Assembly: GCA_963832325.1 (NCBI GenBank)
Contig: CAWHTR010000003.1
Span: 6,546-70,545 of the forward strand
Direction: 5' to 3'
Length of the DNA: 64,000 bases
DNA from: an uncultured Verrucomicrobiae bacterium
GTDB taxonomy: Bacteria > Verrucomicrobiota > Verrucomicrobiia > Chthoniobacterales > JAATET01
A model generated the notes under the pieces. It ran no database searches, was not told the origin of the DNA, and worked only from the letters and a program-made list of their open reading frames with translations. Within the stretch, counting starts at the first letter, position 1; each line of letters starts with the position of its first letter. This document shows positions 32,301 through 41,848 of the stretch, in pieces. The position numbers and the translations under genes are program-made.

Positions 32301-34546
32301 ACTGGACTCCGAAAGAACTCGAAGAGTCGCTCCTGCCATTCTACCGGCAAAGCGCGGAGCGCTGCGGCCAGTTTGATGAAGAAGCATTACTGCAGTTCGG
32401 CTACGCGCTTGCGGTGCTGGCGATGGTAGTGATCGCAGATCCCGTCGAGAGGGGATTTTTCCGCGACTTCCTTCCGCTCATTCCCCGAAAGGCGCGTTCT
32501 GCCATGGCACACCGGATGGGAGACTATCTGAATTCGTTCGATGAAGAAGGGAGGCGACAAAAATGGACCTCGTGGCTGGAGCGCTATGTGGACTTGAGGC
32601 TGATCGGTGTGCCGATCTCCCTAGCAGCCTGTCGGACTTGCCGACACTGATAAAGAAAGAGGGATGGGAGCGAGATATGTGAACGTGGATCACGACACGC
32701 CATTGTTACTGCCGCCGGATGTTCGGGAGTGGGTTCCAGAAGGGCATTTGGTTCATTTCATCATGGACGCGGTTGCGCAATTGGATGTGAGCAAGGCGCG
32801 GGTCAACGAACGGGGGACCGGGGACAAGCAGTATCCGCCGTCGATGATGCTGGGAGGGTTGATTTACAGCTACGCGACGGGAGTGTTTTCGAGTCGGGGC
32901 ATTGAGCGCAGCACCTACGAGAACGTGGCGATGAGACTGTTGTGCGCGGACACGCACCCCGATCACGACACGTGGTGCACGTTTCGGCGGGCCAACGCGG
33001 AGTTGTTGAGTTCGAGCTTCGGGCAGGTGCTGGAGTTGGCGGCAGGTTGCGGGGTTCTCAAAGTCGGAGCGATCACGGTAGCCATCGATGGGACGAAGGT
33101 GCTGGCCAACGCCAGCAAACATGCGGCGGTGAGTTACGGACGGGTCGAGACGAAGATGCAGGAGTGCGATTTGGAGATCGCTGGCTCTTGGCCAAGGCCG
33201 AGAAGGCGGATTCGACGCCGCTCGAGGATGGATTGAGCATCCCGGAGGAGATCACTCGTCGGCAGCAACGCAAGGCGAAGCTGGCCCAGGCACGAGCCGA
33301 GATGGAAGTGCGAGCCTACGCGCGAGCGCAAGTCCAGCAGCCTGAATACGAAGCGAAGGTCGCCGCACGAGCAGCGGCGCGAGAAGCTGGGAAAAAGCCT
33401 CGCGGCAAGGAGCCCCAGCCTCCAAGTGAAAAGCCTACGGCCAAGGACCAGTATAACTTTACCGACCCGGCGAGCCGCATCATGAAGACCCACGGAGACG
33501 GCTTCCAGCAAAGCTACAACGCGCAGGCCGCCGTGGAGGTCGAGAGTCGGCTCATGGTCGGAGCGCGAGTCTCCACCGCCCCCAACGACAAGGAACAACT
33601 CCTGCCCGACCTGGCCGCCATCGCGCCGGAAGCCGGGCCCGTGGCCGAGGCACTCATCGACAGCGGATTCGTCAGTGAAGCAGCCGTCACCGCAGTCGAA
33701 ACCAATGCTGGGGGCACGCCCACCGGCCTGCGGGTTCTGGCGGCGCTCAAACGCCAAAAGCATGGCCGCAGCGTCAGCCAACTCGAGAAAAAGGCCGACC
33801 CGCCCCCGCCAGCCGCCGACGCCCCCTTCACCGAACACCTGGCCCACCGCGTGGCTACCAAAGCCGGAGCAAAGCGTTACAAATTACGACAACAAACCGT
33901 GGAACCCGTTTTTGGCATCATCAAGCAAACCCTCGGCTTCCGGCGCTTCTCCTTGCGAGGAGAAGCCAAAGTCTCCCTCGAATGGAACCTCGTTGGCCTG
34001 GCCTACAACCTCAAACGACTCTTCCACGTCGGAACTCCCCTGAGAATAGCCTAAAAGCAGCCCTGCCCAACGGCCACCCGACCTCGACTCCCCTCCATCG
34101 ATGCCAGTGCTCCGCTCATTCTCAATCAAGACCAATTCTCGCTCCAAAAAACTCCCGCATCTTCCCAAAACCCAAAATTCCCCCATCCTCTCTCACTCGC
34201 TAACCCCGACAGGCTGCTAGATTCGTCCGAAACAAAACACATGGCGGAATGGTGCGTTTATCTGGACGAATACTTTCCGGAAATGGTCGAACGCATCCTA
34301 AAAATGCCTCTGGAAGGCGTTTTCGTTCACCGGATTATCGATCAATTGCTGAAGAGCGACATTCTGAAGAATTTTCCAAGAGAAGGCTGTCGATTGACAA
34401 TCGCTGTATTGGAAACTGAACAGCACCCCTACTTCCGCGAAGAGCTTCGGACGCTCTATCATACATTGAAGGAAAATAGCCCCGGAACAGTAGAGATAAG
34501 GGCGCTGGATGAACTCTTCTTTCTCCATAATTGGACGACAGATTAA
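29336..34546 (+). pseudogene. SIR2-domain defence protein (Dsr1/DUF4020-like) interrupted by IS1182
   Basis: FAGAGVS, TTNFD, YLHGS and LFVGYSH.D motifs. Removing the IS and one CTAG fuses 29336-32624 in frame with 34221-34546 (GVPISL-DSSETKHMAEW). Confidence 0.88.
32625..34216 (+). mobile_element. IS1182-family insertion sequence (transposase 32664-34054, frameshift near 33184)
   Basis: CAGCCTGTCGG inverted ends and CTAG duplication; LLPPD..EW..H, SSR.IE, PDH.T, IDGTK..ANAS, TDP.SRIM, YNAQ and VEPVFG.IK motifs. Confidence 0.93.
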
Positions 34547-34560
34547 GTCAAAGAATTTGG

Positions 34561-34792
34561 GAAATAGGGGTCAGGAAATAGGGGTCAGTGTGCAAAAAGC
34601 AATTAACTCACCCCTGCATCGATCCGTTCAAGCCATGCCGCGAACTCATTCGGAAGTCTGCGCCGCAAGCTCGCTGCATCGGTCGTCCGTAGCTGCTGAC
34701 TGACGTTGGCCGCGCTCTTCATCTCCAGACGTTGCGAAATCCATCCCAGCGACGCCGTTGTATTTCGGCGAATCACCCGCGCCAGCTCCACC
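34561..34792 (-). mobile_element. One-ended fragment of the HUH transposase element (terminal repeat plus gene 3' end)
   Basis: GAAATAGGGGTCAG twice, then TGTGCAAAAAGCAATT and a near-identical copy of the sequence following 35031. Confidence 0.85.
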
Positions 34793-34981
34793 ATCGATGA
34801 GTCCTTCAGCGCCGCGTGGTTCCTGCCCGATGAGCAGTCTCCGCCCGCCGAACAGATCCTCGAAGAGGCAATAGCCGGCCGCTTGGTGCTTTGTGTCCCC
34901 TCGCTGTGGGACCACGAGATGAGCAATCTCCTCCTGATGGCCATCCGGCGCAAGCGTCTCCCGGCCTCGTGCCGGGCGGAG
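34793..34981 (+). pseudogene. vapC fragment paralogous to 41223-41411
   Basis: IDESFSAAWFLPDEQSPPAEQILE...VPSLWDHEMSNLLLMAIRRKRLPA. Confidence 0.85.
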
Positions 34982-35003
34982 AGGGAATAGGGGTCAGTGT
35001 GCA

Positions 35004-36146
35004 GAATAGGGGTCAGTGTGCAAAAAGCAATTATCTCTCCTCTGCATTGATCCGTTCGAGCCATGCCGCGAACTCATTCGGAAGTCTGCGCCGCAAGCTC
35101 GCTGCATCGGTCGTCCGTAGCTGCTGACTGACGTTGGCCGCGCTCTTCATCTCCAGACGTTGCGAAATCCATCCCAGCGACGCCGTTGTATTTCGGCGAA
35201 TCACCCGCGCCAGCTCCACCTTCCGTGGATCACTTCCTTTGAGCCCCGCGAGTTCCTTCTCCTCTAGCCCTGCAACCCGCAACCCCTCATTCGCCAGACC
35301 CTCAGCTCGCTTCATGTCGTGGGCCAAGCGCTGGGGCGAACGCTGGTAGGCGCGCGACTTCGGCTCGTTCAACTTCGGTTTGAGCATTGCCCGCAATTTC
35401 TCGGCGAACCCTTCACTACCCCAATACCAGCCCTGTCGCAGGTGACTTATTCTCGCGTCAAACCCCTTCGGCACCGCGACCAATCCGCTGTCTTCACGTT
35501 CTTGCATCGCACGTCGGTCCAAGCTCTGCACCATGCTGCGACGACCCGCTACCGAATCTTCAAACCCCAACCTCCTCAGTCCGTCGGTCGCCGCCAGCCA
35601 TTTGGCTCGCTTCGGTGCTGGCAAAGCGTAGCCACCAGCCACGCTGCTCCACTTATAGTCGAGAACGCTCCCTCCAGCATCGACATCCACTAGACCCGCT
35701 CGGACTGGGTTGAGGTGAATGTAATCTGTGACCCGCGAGTAGTAATCAGCCTGCTCGCCCTCCACGATCACGGCTTTGTAGCGATCACCAAACACCCGTC
35801 CCCACGCGCGATGCCGGACATTGAACCGCCGCGTATAGGTGTTTTGAACCCACTTCATCCCCTCCACCAAGTTCGGCTCCGGCGTCTCGATCAGCAGATG
35901 ATAATGATTCCCCATCAGCACCCAGGCATGAATTCGCCACCCGGTCCGCTCACAAGCCTCCGAGATAACTTTCAAAAAATACCGCCGATCATCCTGATCC
36001 TCGAAAATCGCCTCCCGCCGGTTGCCACGAGCCATGACGTGGTAGAACGCGCCCGGATATTCCAACCTCAAACTCCTCGCCATCACGCAATTTAATCAGC
36101 GAAACAGCCCACAGACAATTGCTTTTTGCACACTGACCCCTATTTC
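35004..36146 (-). mobile_element. TIR-bounded HUH/Y1 (RAYT-like) element
   Basis: AATAGGGGTCAGTGTGCAAAAAGCAATT on the left and its exact inverse within 36117-36146 enclose the transposase gene. Confidence 0.85.
35031..36083 (-). CDS. REP-associated-type tyrosine (Y1/HUH) transposase with C-terminal HTH
   Basis: MARSLR.EYPGAFYHVMARGN, MGNHYHLLIET, YIHLNPVRAG and YKWSS. Confidence 0.92.
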   Translation of the reverse strand: MARSLRLEYPGAFYHVMARGNRREAIFEDQDDRRYFLKVISEACERTGWRIHAWVLMGNHYHLLIETPEPNLVEGMKWVQNTYTRRFNVRHRAWGRVFGDRYKAVIVEGEQADYYSRVTDYIHLNPVRAGLVDVDAGGSVLDYKWSSVAGGYALPAPKRAKWLAATDGLRRLGFEDSVAGRRSMVQSLDRRAMQEREDSGLVAVPKGFDARISHLRQGWYWGSEGFAEKLRAMLKPKLNEPKSRAYQRSPQRLAHDMKRAEGLANEGLRVAGLEEKELAGLKGSDPRKVELARVIRRNTTASLGWISQRLEMKSAANVSQQLRTTDAASLRRRLPNEFAAWLERINAEER

Positions 36147-36177
36147 TCAGCGTTGGTAGTAGGAATATCTTATCGGC

Positions 36178-36387
36178 ATGCCAGCAATCACTCTGAAAGC
36201 ACACTATGACGGCAAGAGCATTCTCTTGGATGAGCCGTTTAAGATTCCAGAGAATTCACATTTGATGGTGACCGTCCTGAGTGAACCGGGAGAAGATCCT
36301 GATCTCACAAGTCTCTCGGTTTTTGGCCTCGCTTCGGCGTATGGAGACGATGAACCCGTATATGGTCCATCTGATATTCATTCATGA
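36178..36387 (+). CDS. Putative antitoxin
   Basis: TLKAHYDGKSILLDEP...LMVTVL with an acidic tail; ATGA overlap with the toxin gene. Confidence 0.7.
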   Translation: MPAITLKAHYDGKSILLDEPFKIPENSHLMVTVLSEPGEDPDLTSLSVFGLASAYGDDEPVYGPSDIHS

Positions 36388-36719
36388 ACGAATCTGATGT
36401 CCTTCTGGCTCCACTTCCCCAATCAGACGGTCGCACAAAGAATCGACCAGTAGTTTTTCTGCGAAGGATGCCGCCCTTCCAAGATTTCTTGGTCTGCGGT
36501 ATCAGCACCCAACTTCGTCAAGCTTTTCCTGACTTCGACGAAATCATCAGCGACCAATCTGATGATTTTGCGGCAAGCGGACTCAAGTCAGCTTCAGTGA
36601 TCCGTATTGGATTTCTCGCAGTTTTACCATCTTTACATTTTCTGGGACGGATCGGTCAAATCTCTGATGCAAGAAGGCTTCGTCTACTAAAGAATTCCAT
36701 CGTCCATCTGCAGGCCTAA
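36384..36719 (+). CDS. PemK/MazF-family toxin
   Basis: DVLL.PLPQSDG..KNRPVV, CGIST and SGLK.ASVIR. Confidence 0.85.
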   Translation: MNESDVLLAPLPQSDGRTKNRPVVFLRRMPPFQDFLVCGISTQLRQAFPDFDEIISDQSDDFAASGLKSASVIRIGFLAVLPSLHFLGRIGQISDARRLRLLKNSIVHLQA

Positions 36720-36727
36720 AAAATCCG

Positions 36728-36831
36728 GGCTAACAAGGCGCTGCAGCCAACCCCTATCCGCTTCGCTCCTGGGGTTGCGCGGACCTTCTACCGGCAGTTG
36801 ATCTCCAGTTGCCTCAGTTCGCCCGTTCAGG
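36728..36831 (+). other. attC-like integron cassette recombination site
   Basis: GGCTAAC-AAGGC-GCTGCAGCCAAC ... GTTGCCTCAGT-TCGCCC-GTTCAGG, with an inner CAACCCC/GGGGTTG stem, just after the toxin stop. Confidence 0.6.
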
Positions 36832-36832
36832 G

Positions 36833-38050
36833 CAGGGTTCACGCATCTAAATTGATGCCGAGGAGGTGGAGGAGATAGGAGTTATCCCAGCCAGCGGATT
36901 TTCGACGCCCTTTGAGGGAACGTTTAGTTTTGAGTTTGTCGGCCTTGATGAGATTGAGGCACCAGCGCCGCAGGGTGGCGAGGTTTTCTGCGGCGTGGCG
37001 AGAGCGGGCGCGGCTTTGGTCTTCGTTGAAGACGACATCAAGCACCCAGTGGAGTTGGTTTTCGATTCCCCAGTGACTGCGTACGGCGTGGGCGATGCGG
37101 GCAGCATCCAGGCTCAGGCTGCTGAGGTAGTAGCGACGCTCGGTGGTGGTGCGGCCATTGATTTCGCGCTGACTCTCGACGACGGCAACGCTGCGCAGAC
37201 CTTCCCACTTGGCCGCATCGGCGAACCAGTCGATCTTCTCGCTCTGCCAGCAACGACGGATCTCAAGACGACCGTGACCTTTGTCGACTTGCTCATCGAA
37301 AGACAGACCGGGGTCGGCACGCCCGATGGCATCATCGAGGTAGGTCTTGATCTCGCCGTGGGCGACGCCGTGGTTGCCTTTAAGAGCGAGAACGTAATCG
37401 GCGTCGCTCTCGATGATCTCCCGGGCGATCTTTTTCTGCGTGCCCATCGCGTCGATGGTCACGATGCATCCGCTCAATTCCAGACTGCGAAGTAGCTCCG
37501 GGATGGCCGTGATTTGCCGTCGCTTTTGTCGCTGACCTTGCGCTGTCCGAGCACCAATCCGTTGCTGGCCGCCCAAGCGCTCACGATGACTTTGGTGTTC
37601 TCTCCAGCATCGAGCGCACGACGGAGTGCTTTGCCGTCCATGGCCACAATTTCTTGATCGCAGGCTTGGCGCAGACCTGCGGTCCACTTCATGAAGGCTC
37701 CCAGGAACGTCTCGGGATCGAGCGCGGCAAAAACCCGGTTGAACGTATCGTGACTGGGGATGCCGTGAGGCAGTTCCAAAAAACTCGAAAACCACTCCTC
37801 CTTGGCTTCCCCGAACTGCTGCATTTCCTCGAAACTCTCCGCTCCGCAAAGCATTCCGCACAAACCGATAACGACGATATCTTCGAGCTTGTGCAGCCTC
37901 GTTCGGGCCACCCGCGGGTCTTTGAGTTCTCCGATGATTGTGATCAAGCTGATGGGCGATGCTTCTTGCATCCTTCCCTATCTAATCACATCTAAACCTA
38001 GTACAAGACCTAATTACTGCTCCTGCTCACTTTTAGATGCGTGAACCCTG
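36833..38050 (-). mobile_element. ISAs1-family IS (transposase 36839-37971, frameshift near 37520)
   Basis: Perfect 19-bp inverted ends CAGGGTTCACGCATCTAAA; DPR, GIPSHDTF, DGK.LR, TIDAMGTQ, KGHGR.E.R and HWGIEN.LHW.LDV motifs; no target duplication visible. Confidence 0.93.
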
Positions 38051-38241
38051 GGACATCCCCTACTTCCTGCTTGCATTGGTATATTTCGGGCGGCATTGTT
38101 TGGAGCATCCACAAGAGAACCGGAAGAGTCGAACGAGGAGGTGGGGGTGGAGGCAGCGGCTAACGCAGCGCCTCGTTCACTTTTGATTTGAATACTCACC
38201 AACGAACCCTGTAGACGGATGGACCACTGCTTCGCCTTTCT

Positions 38242-39534
38242 ATGAATACGATTGGATCGCTAGCTGAAGAGCGCCCTTCGAACGCCGACTCGAGCAGTCA
38301 ACGTTCGAATATTGTGACCGAGACGCCCGGGCTTGTCGCTTTTTGGGACTTCGTGAAGCGAGAATCGCACGGCCATCGCCGCTTCACGGCCCACGTCCCG
38401 GCTGGAGCGCCGACCGATTACCCGCTCAATGCCGCTAACTACGTCCGCGACTACTGGGGCACCGGGCGTGAGGCGACTTACAATGACTTTCCGCAACTGG
38501 GCCGTGGCCCTTTCGGCAATGCGATCCGCATTGTCAGGGAGACCGATGAAGACTTCCGCCCTTTTCTTTTCGTACCACGTTCGCGTCTGCACGATACGCC
38601 GCTTGACATAAAAGGCGCGGGGAAATCCGTCACTGTCGTTGTGTGGGCAATCCGCGAGAGTGGGAACCACGCGCTGGCCGGCATCTGGCATGAAGGCACT
38701 GATTTAAAGAAGTCTCAAACGGCTTCTATCCTCAAGGTGGAGCGTGGGCAGCGTCAATACGCCCTTTTCGCCGGGCGCAACAAACAAGGCAGCGGCTGCG
38801 GCCATGTCTCGGAGAACGGCGGGAGTTCCTTCCTGAATAAGTATGCTCTGCACAAATGCAACTCGGCCGGCACCTCGCCAGAAGTGCCTGCAGATTCGCC
38901 TGCTGACTTACTGGACAATTCGTGGCAGTGCTTCGCGATGACTTTTGACCACGAAGCGGACGAACTCACCGGCTGGCTCAATGGCGCCTCCGGTGACCGT
39001 TGGATTGACAACCCGAAGAACGACAAATTGATTTCCTTCGCCCACAACGCCTACATGCAGGGCCACTATGCAAAACTACCCGGCAAGCAGGACGGCGAGG
39101 ACGAGACGTTCCCGAAGGATCAATACTACAACCCTCCCGAAGGCGAGCCGCTGACCGTTGAAGTGCTGCGCGAGTCTGCCAAGGAGCGTGTTGAGCTTCG
39201 CGAGTATGGCTTCACCAAGATCATGGTGACCTTGCGCGGCGGAGAAGAGGTTGACCGCGAACTCATTGCATTGCGCTTGAATCCCTGGTGGTATCCACAC
39301 GATCTATACGCACCAAAGGACGCACATAGCGGCGGACCATTTACTATTGGCCGCGTCATTCACAGTAGCCGAAGCGTCGGCTTTTCAGGCTGGATTGGCG
39401 GTGTTGCCGTCTTTAACAAGGCTCTTGGAAAAAGTGAGTTGTCACGCCTGGCGGCAATCATCCATGATGCTCCGCTTTCGATGACAGCAGATCGGGATCT
39501 TGGAACCGAAGCGAACAAGACGCCGGGGGTATGA
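38242..39534 (+). CDS. LamG/concanavalin-A-like domain protein
   Basis: LVAFWDF, TVVVW, WQCFAMTFD, FTIGR and GGVAVFNKAL. Confidence 0.7.
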   Translation: MNTIGSLAEERPSNADSSSQRSNIVTETPGLVAFWDFVKRESHGHRRFTAHVPAGAPTDYPLNAANYVRDYWGTGREATYNDFPQLGRGPFGNAIRIVRETDEDFRPFLFVPRSRLHDTPLDIKGAGKSVTVVVWAIRESGNHALAGIWHEGTDLKKSQTASILKVERGQRQYALFAGRNKQGSGCGHVSENGGSSFLNKYALHKCNSAGTSPEVPADSPADLLDNSWQCFAMTFDHEADELTGWLNGASGDRWIDNPKNDKLISFAHNAYMQGHYAKLPGKQDGEDETFPKDQYYNPPEGEPLTVEVLRESAKERVELREYGFTKIMVTLRGGEEVDRELIALRLNPWWYPHDLYAPKDAHSGGPFTIGRVIHSSRSVGFSGWIGGVAVFNKALGKSELSRLAAIIHDAPLSMTADRDLGTEANKTPGV

Positions 39535-39845
39535 ACCGAGGACATAGGTGACAGATTGACCGAGGACACGGGTGACAGTTCAGGGTGGTGAATGCCCTGG
39601 GGAAACAAGTCGCCGATGGAACAAAAACAAAGATTTGTAAGCCTGCTGACGAGCGATCGCGTTGCAATGGTGGAGTTATGCGAGATTTTCGGCATTTCGC
39701 GCAAGACGGGTCACAAGTGGAAGGCTCGATACGAGACCCATGGGATGGTCGGACTCGAGGATCGAAGCCGAGCGCCGAAGACGGTCACGAGCAGGACGAA
39801 AGAGGCGGTGGAGCGGCTGATTGTGGCTCTTCGCTATTTCGAGTG
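39528..39845 (+). pseudogene. Truncated IS481-family element
   Basis: Subterminal direct repeats ACCGAGGACA..GGTGACAG twice; MPW....MEQK..FV, LCE.FGISRKTGHKW..RY...G..GLEDRSRAP; cut at an HUH-element terminal repeat. Confidence 0.85.
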
Positions 39846-40593
39846 GGAAATCGGGGGAAATCGGGGTCAGTGTGCAAAAAGCAATTATCTCACCCCTGCA
39901 TCGATCCGTTCAAGCCATGCCGCGAACTCATTCGGAAGTCCGCGCCGCACACTTGCTGCATCGGTCGTCCGTAACTGTTGACTGACGTTGGCCGCGCTCT
40001 TCATCTCCAGACGTTGCGCAATCCATCCCAGCGACGCAGTTGTATTTCGGCGAATCACCCGCGCTAGCTCCACCTTCCGTGGATCGCTTCCTTTGAGCAC
40101 CGCGAGTTCCTTCTCCTCCAACCCTGCAACCCGCAATCCCTCATTCGCCAAATCCTCAGCTCGCTTCATGTCGTGGGCCAATCTCTGCGACACCCGCTTC
40201 CCTGCGCTTCTCACCAATCAGGAAATAGGAAATAGGGGTCAGTGTGCAAAAAGCAATTATCTCACCCCTGCATCGATCCGTTCGAGCCATGCCGCGAACT
40301 CATTCGGAAGTCTGCGCCGCAAGCTCGCTGCATCGGTCGTCCGTAGCTGCTGACTGACGTTGGCCGCGCTCTTCATCTCCAGACGTTGCGCAATCCATCC
40401 CAGAGATGCCGTTGTGTTTTGGCGAATCACCCGCGCCAGCGCCACCTTCCGTGGATCGCTTCCTTTGAGCCCCGCGAGTTCCTTCTCCTCTAGCCCTGCA
40501 ACCCGCAATCTCTCATCCGCCGAATCCTCAGCCCGCTTCATGTCATGAGCCAGTCTCTGCGACACCCGCTTCCCTGCGCTTCTCGCCAATCAG
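39846..40593 (-). mobile_element. Two tandem one-ended copies of the HUH element 3' end
   Basis: Units 39857-40221 and 40229-40593 each start with the terminal repeat and encode QRLAHDMKRAE...NEFAAWLERIDAGVR. Confidence 0.88.
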
Positions 40594-40653
40594 TGCTTTC
40601 ACCCAGAACTTTCCAGCGTTGAGATCGTTGGCGTGAGTGCTAGGACTAGCGCT

Positions 40654-40854
40654 ATGGGATACAAACCGCTCCACCCCATTCAGGTCGAGCGTTTCCGAGC
40701 CATGTCGCCTGCCGAGAAGTTCACCGTCGCTCAGGGCCTGTTGAACACCGCGCGCCGGGTTCGCCGCGCCGCTATCGCCCACGCCCATCCAGACTGGTCG
40801 GCTGAAGAAGTCGAACGCGAACTCGCCCGCGAAACCTCTCGTGCACGAACCTGA
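40654..40854 (+). CDS. Small antitoxin-like protein; the overlapping partner gene (GTG 40841, VHEPDLLALF) appears truncated
   Basis: Q.ERFRAMSPAEK....R.AI...HPDWS.EEVEREL, a pattern I associate with partners of nucleotidyltransferase-type toxins. Confidence 0.6.
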   Translation: MGYKPLHPIQVERFRAMSPAEKFTVAQGLLNTARRVRRAAIAHAHPDWSAEEVERELARETSRART

Positions 40855-40977
40855 TCTCCTGGCTCTTTTCGGACATCCGAAGGGGTTCGGTTCCCCTCAC
40901 CGAGAGCCCTGAACGAATCCGCCCGTTCGCTTTTCAATTCGTTTGCCCGAAACCAGCCAGCTAGTCAACCTAGCTGC

Positions 40978-41214
40978 ATGAGCGAAACCACGATCGGTAG
41001 CTTCGAAGCCAAGAACCGTCTCTCATCCCTGCTCGACCGGGCGGAACGCGGGGAGCGTATCTGGATCACCAAGCGAGGTCGACGAGTCGCCGTCCTCGGT
41101 CCGCCTGCCCCGGAGAAGGAAGCCTTGGTCGAACGCCTCCGCGATTTGCGTGCCTCCGCCAAGAAGACGGGACCCTCCGTCAAGGCACTCATTGAGGAAG
41201 GCCGCCGCGCATGA
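40978..41214 (+). CDS. Phd/YefM-family antitoxin
   Basis: IGSFEAKNRLSSLLDRAERGERIWITKRGRRVAVL. Confidence 0.92.
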   Translation: MSETTIGSFEAKNRLSSLLDRAERGERIWITKRGRRVAVLGPPAPEKEALVERLRDLRASAKKTGPSVKALIEEGRRA

Positions 41215-41624
41215 AAGTTGTGATCGATGCATCCTTCAGCGCCGCATGGTTCCTGCCCGATGAGCAGTCTCCGCCCGCCGAACAGATTCTGGAGGGGGCA
41301 ATCTCCGGCCGGAAGATCCTTTGTGTCCCGTCGCTGTGGGACTACGAGATGAGCAATCTCCTCCTGATGGCCATCCGGCGCAAGCGGCTCCCGGCCGCGT
41401 GCCGGACGGAGGTTTTGGAACTCCTCGCCTCTCTCCCAATCAAGCATCGAGATCATCCAGACTCGCTCACGAGCGAACGCATCTTCGACCTCGCGCAGAC
41501 GCACTCCCTCTCGGCCTACGACGCAGCCTATCTCGAACTCGCCGACCGATTCCGGTGTCCGCTGATCACCTCAGACGCAAAACTCCAAGCAGCCGCAGCC
41601 GCCAGAACGCTCCCCACCCTCTAA
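41211..41624 (+). CDS. VapC/PIN-domain toxin
   Basis: VVIDAS, E..N, LSAYDAAYLELA and LITSD; ATGA overlap with the antitoxin gene. Confidence 0.92.
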   Translation: MKVVIDASFSAAWFLPDEQSPPAEQILEGAISGRKILCVPSLWDYEMSNLLLMAIRRKRLPAACRTEVLELLASLPIKHRDHPDSLTSERIFDLAQTHSLSAYDAAYLELADRFRCPLITSDAKLQAAAAARTLPTL

Positions 41625-41648
41625 AGCCCTCTCGATTTCAAAGCCTTG

Positions 41649-41741
41649 GAAATAGAAACGGGGATCATGTCGTGGGCCAAGCGCTTTGGCGCCCGCTGGT
41701 AGCCACGCGACTTCGGCTCTTTCAGCTTCGATTTGAGCATT
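41649..41741 (-). mobile_element. Short internal fragment of the HUH transposase with a degenerate end
   Basis: Resembles ~35311-35388 and is preceded by GAAATAGAAACGGGG. Confidence 0.65.
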
Positions 41742-41848
41742 AACCCGACTTTCTCAACTGGAGGCGACTTTCCTTCCCTCCCGTTTGGTGGTTACCGAGA
41801 CGCGCGGACGGCCAGGCGTCGATCGTTGGCTCGGCCCCATCCGCCCTA

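Noticed and set aside
33175-33195. Programmed frameshifting in the IS1182 (and ISAs1) transposases
   Set aside because: No slippery heptamer is visible, these families normally use one ORF, and similar indels hit housekeeping genes.
34561-40260. GGGGTCAGTGTGCAAAAAGCAATT copies considered as CRISPR repeats
   Set aside because: Spacing is irregular and long, one copy is inverted, and each is attached to transposase sequence.
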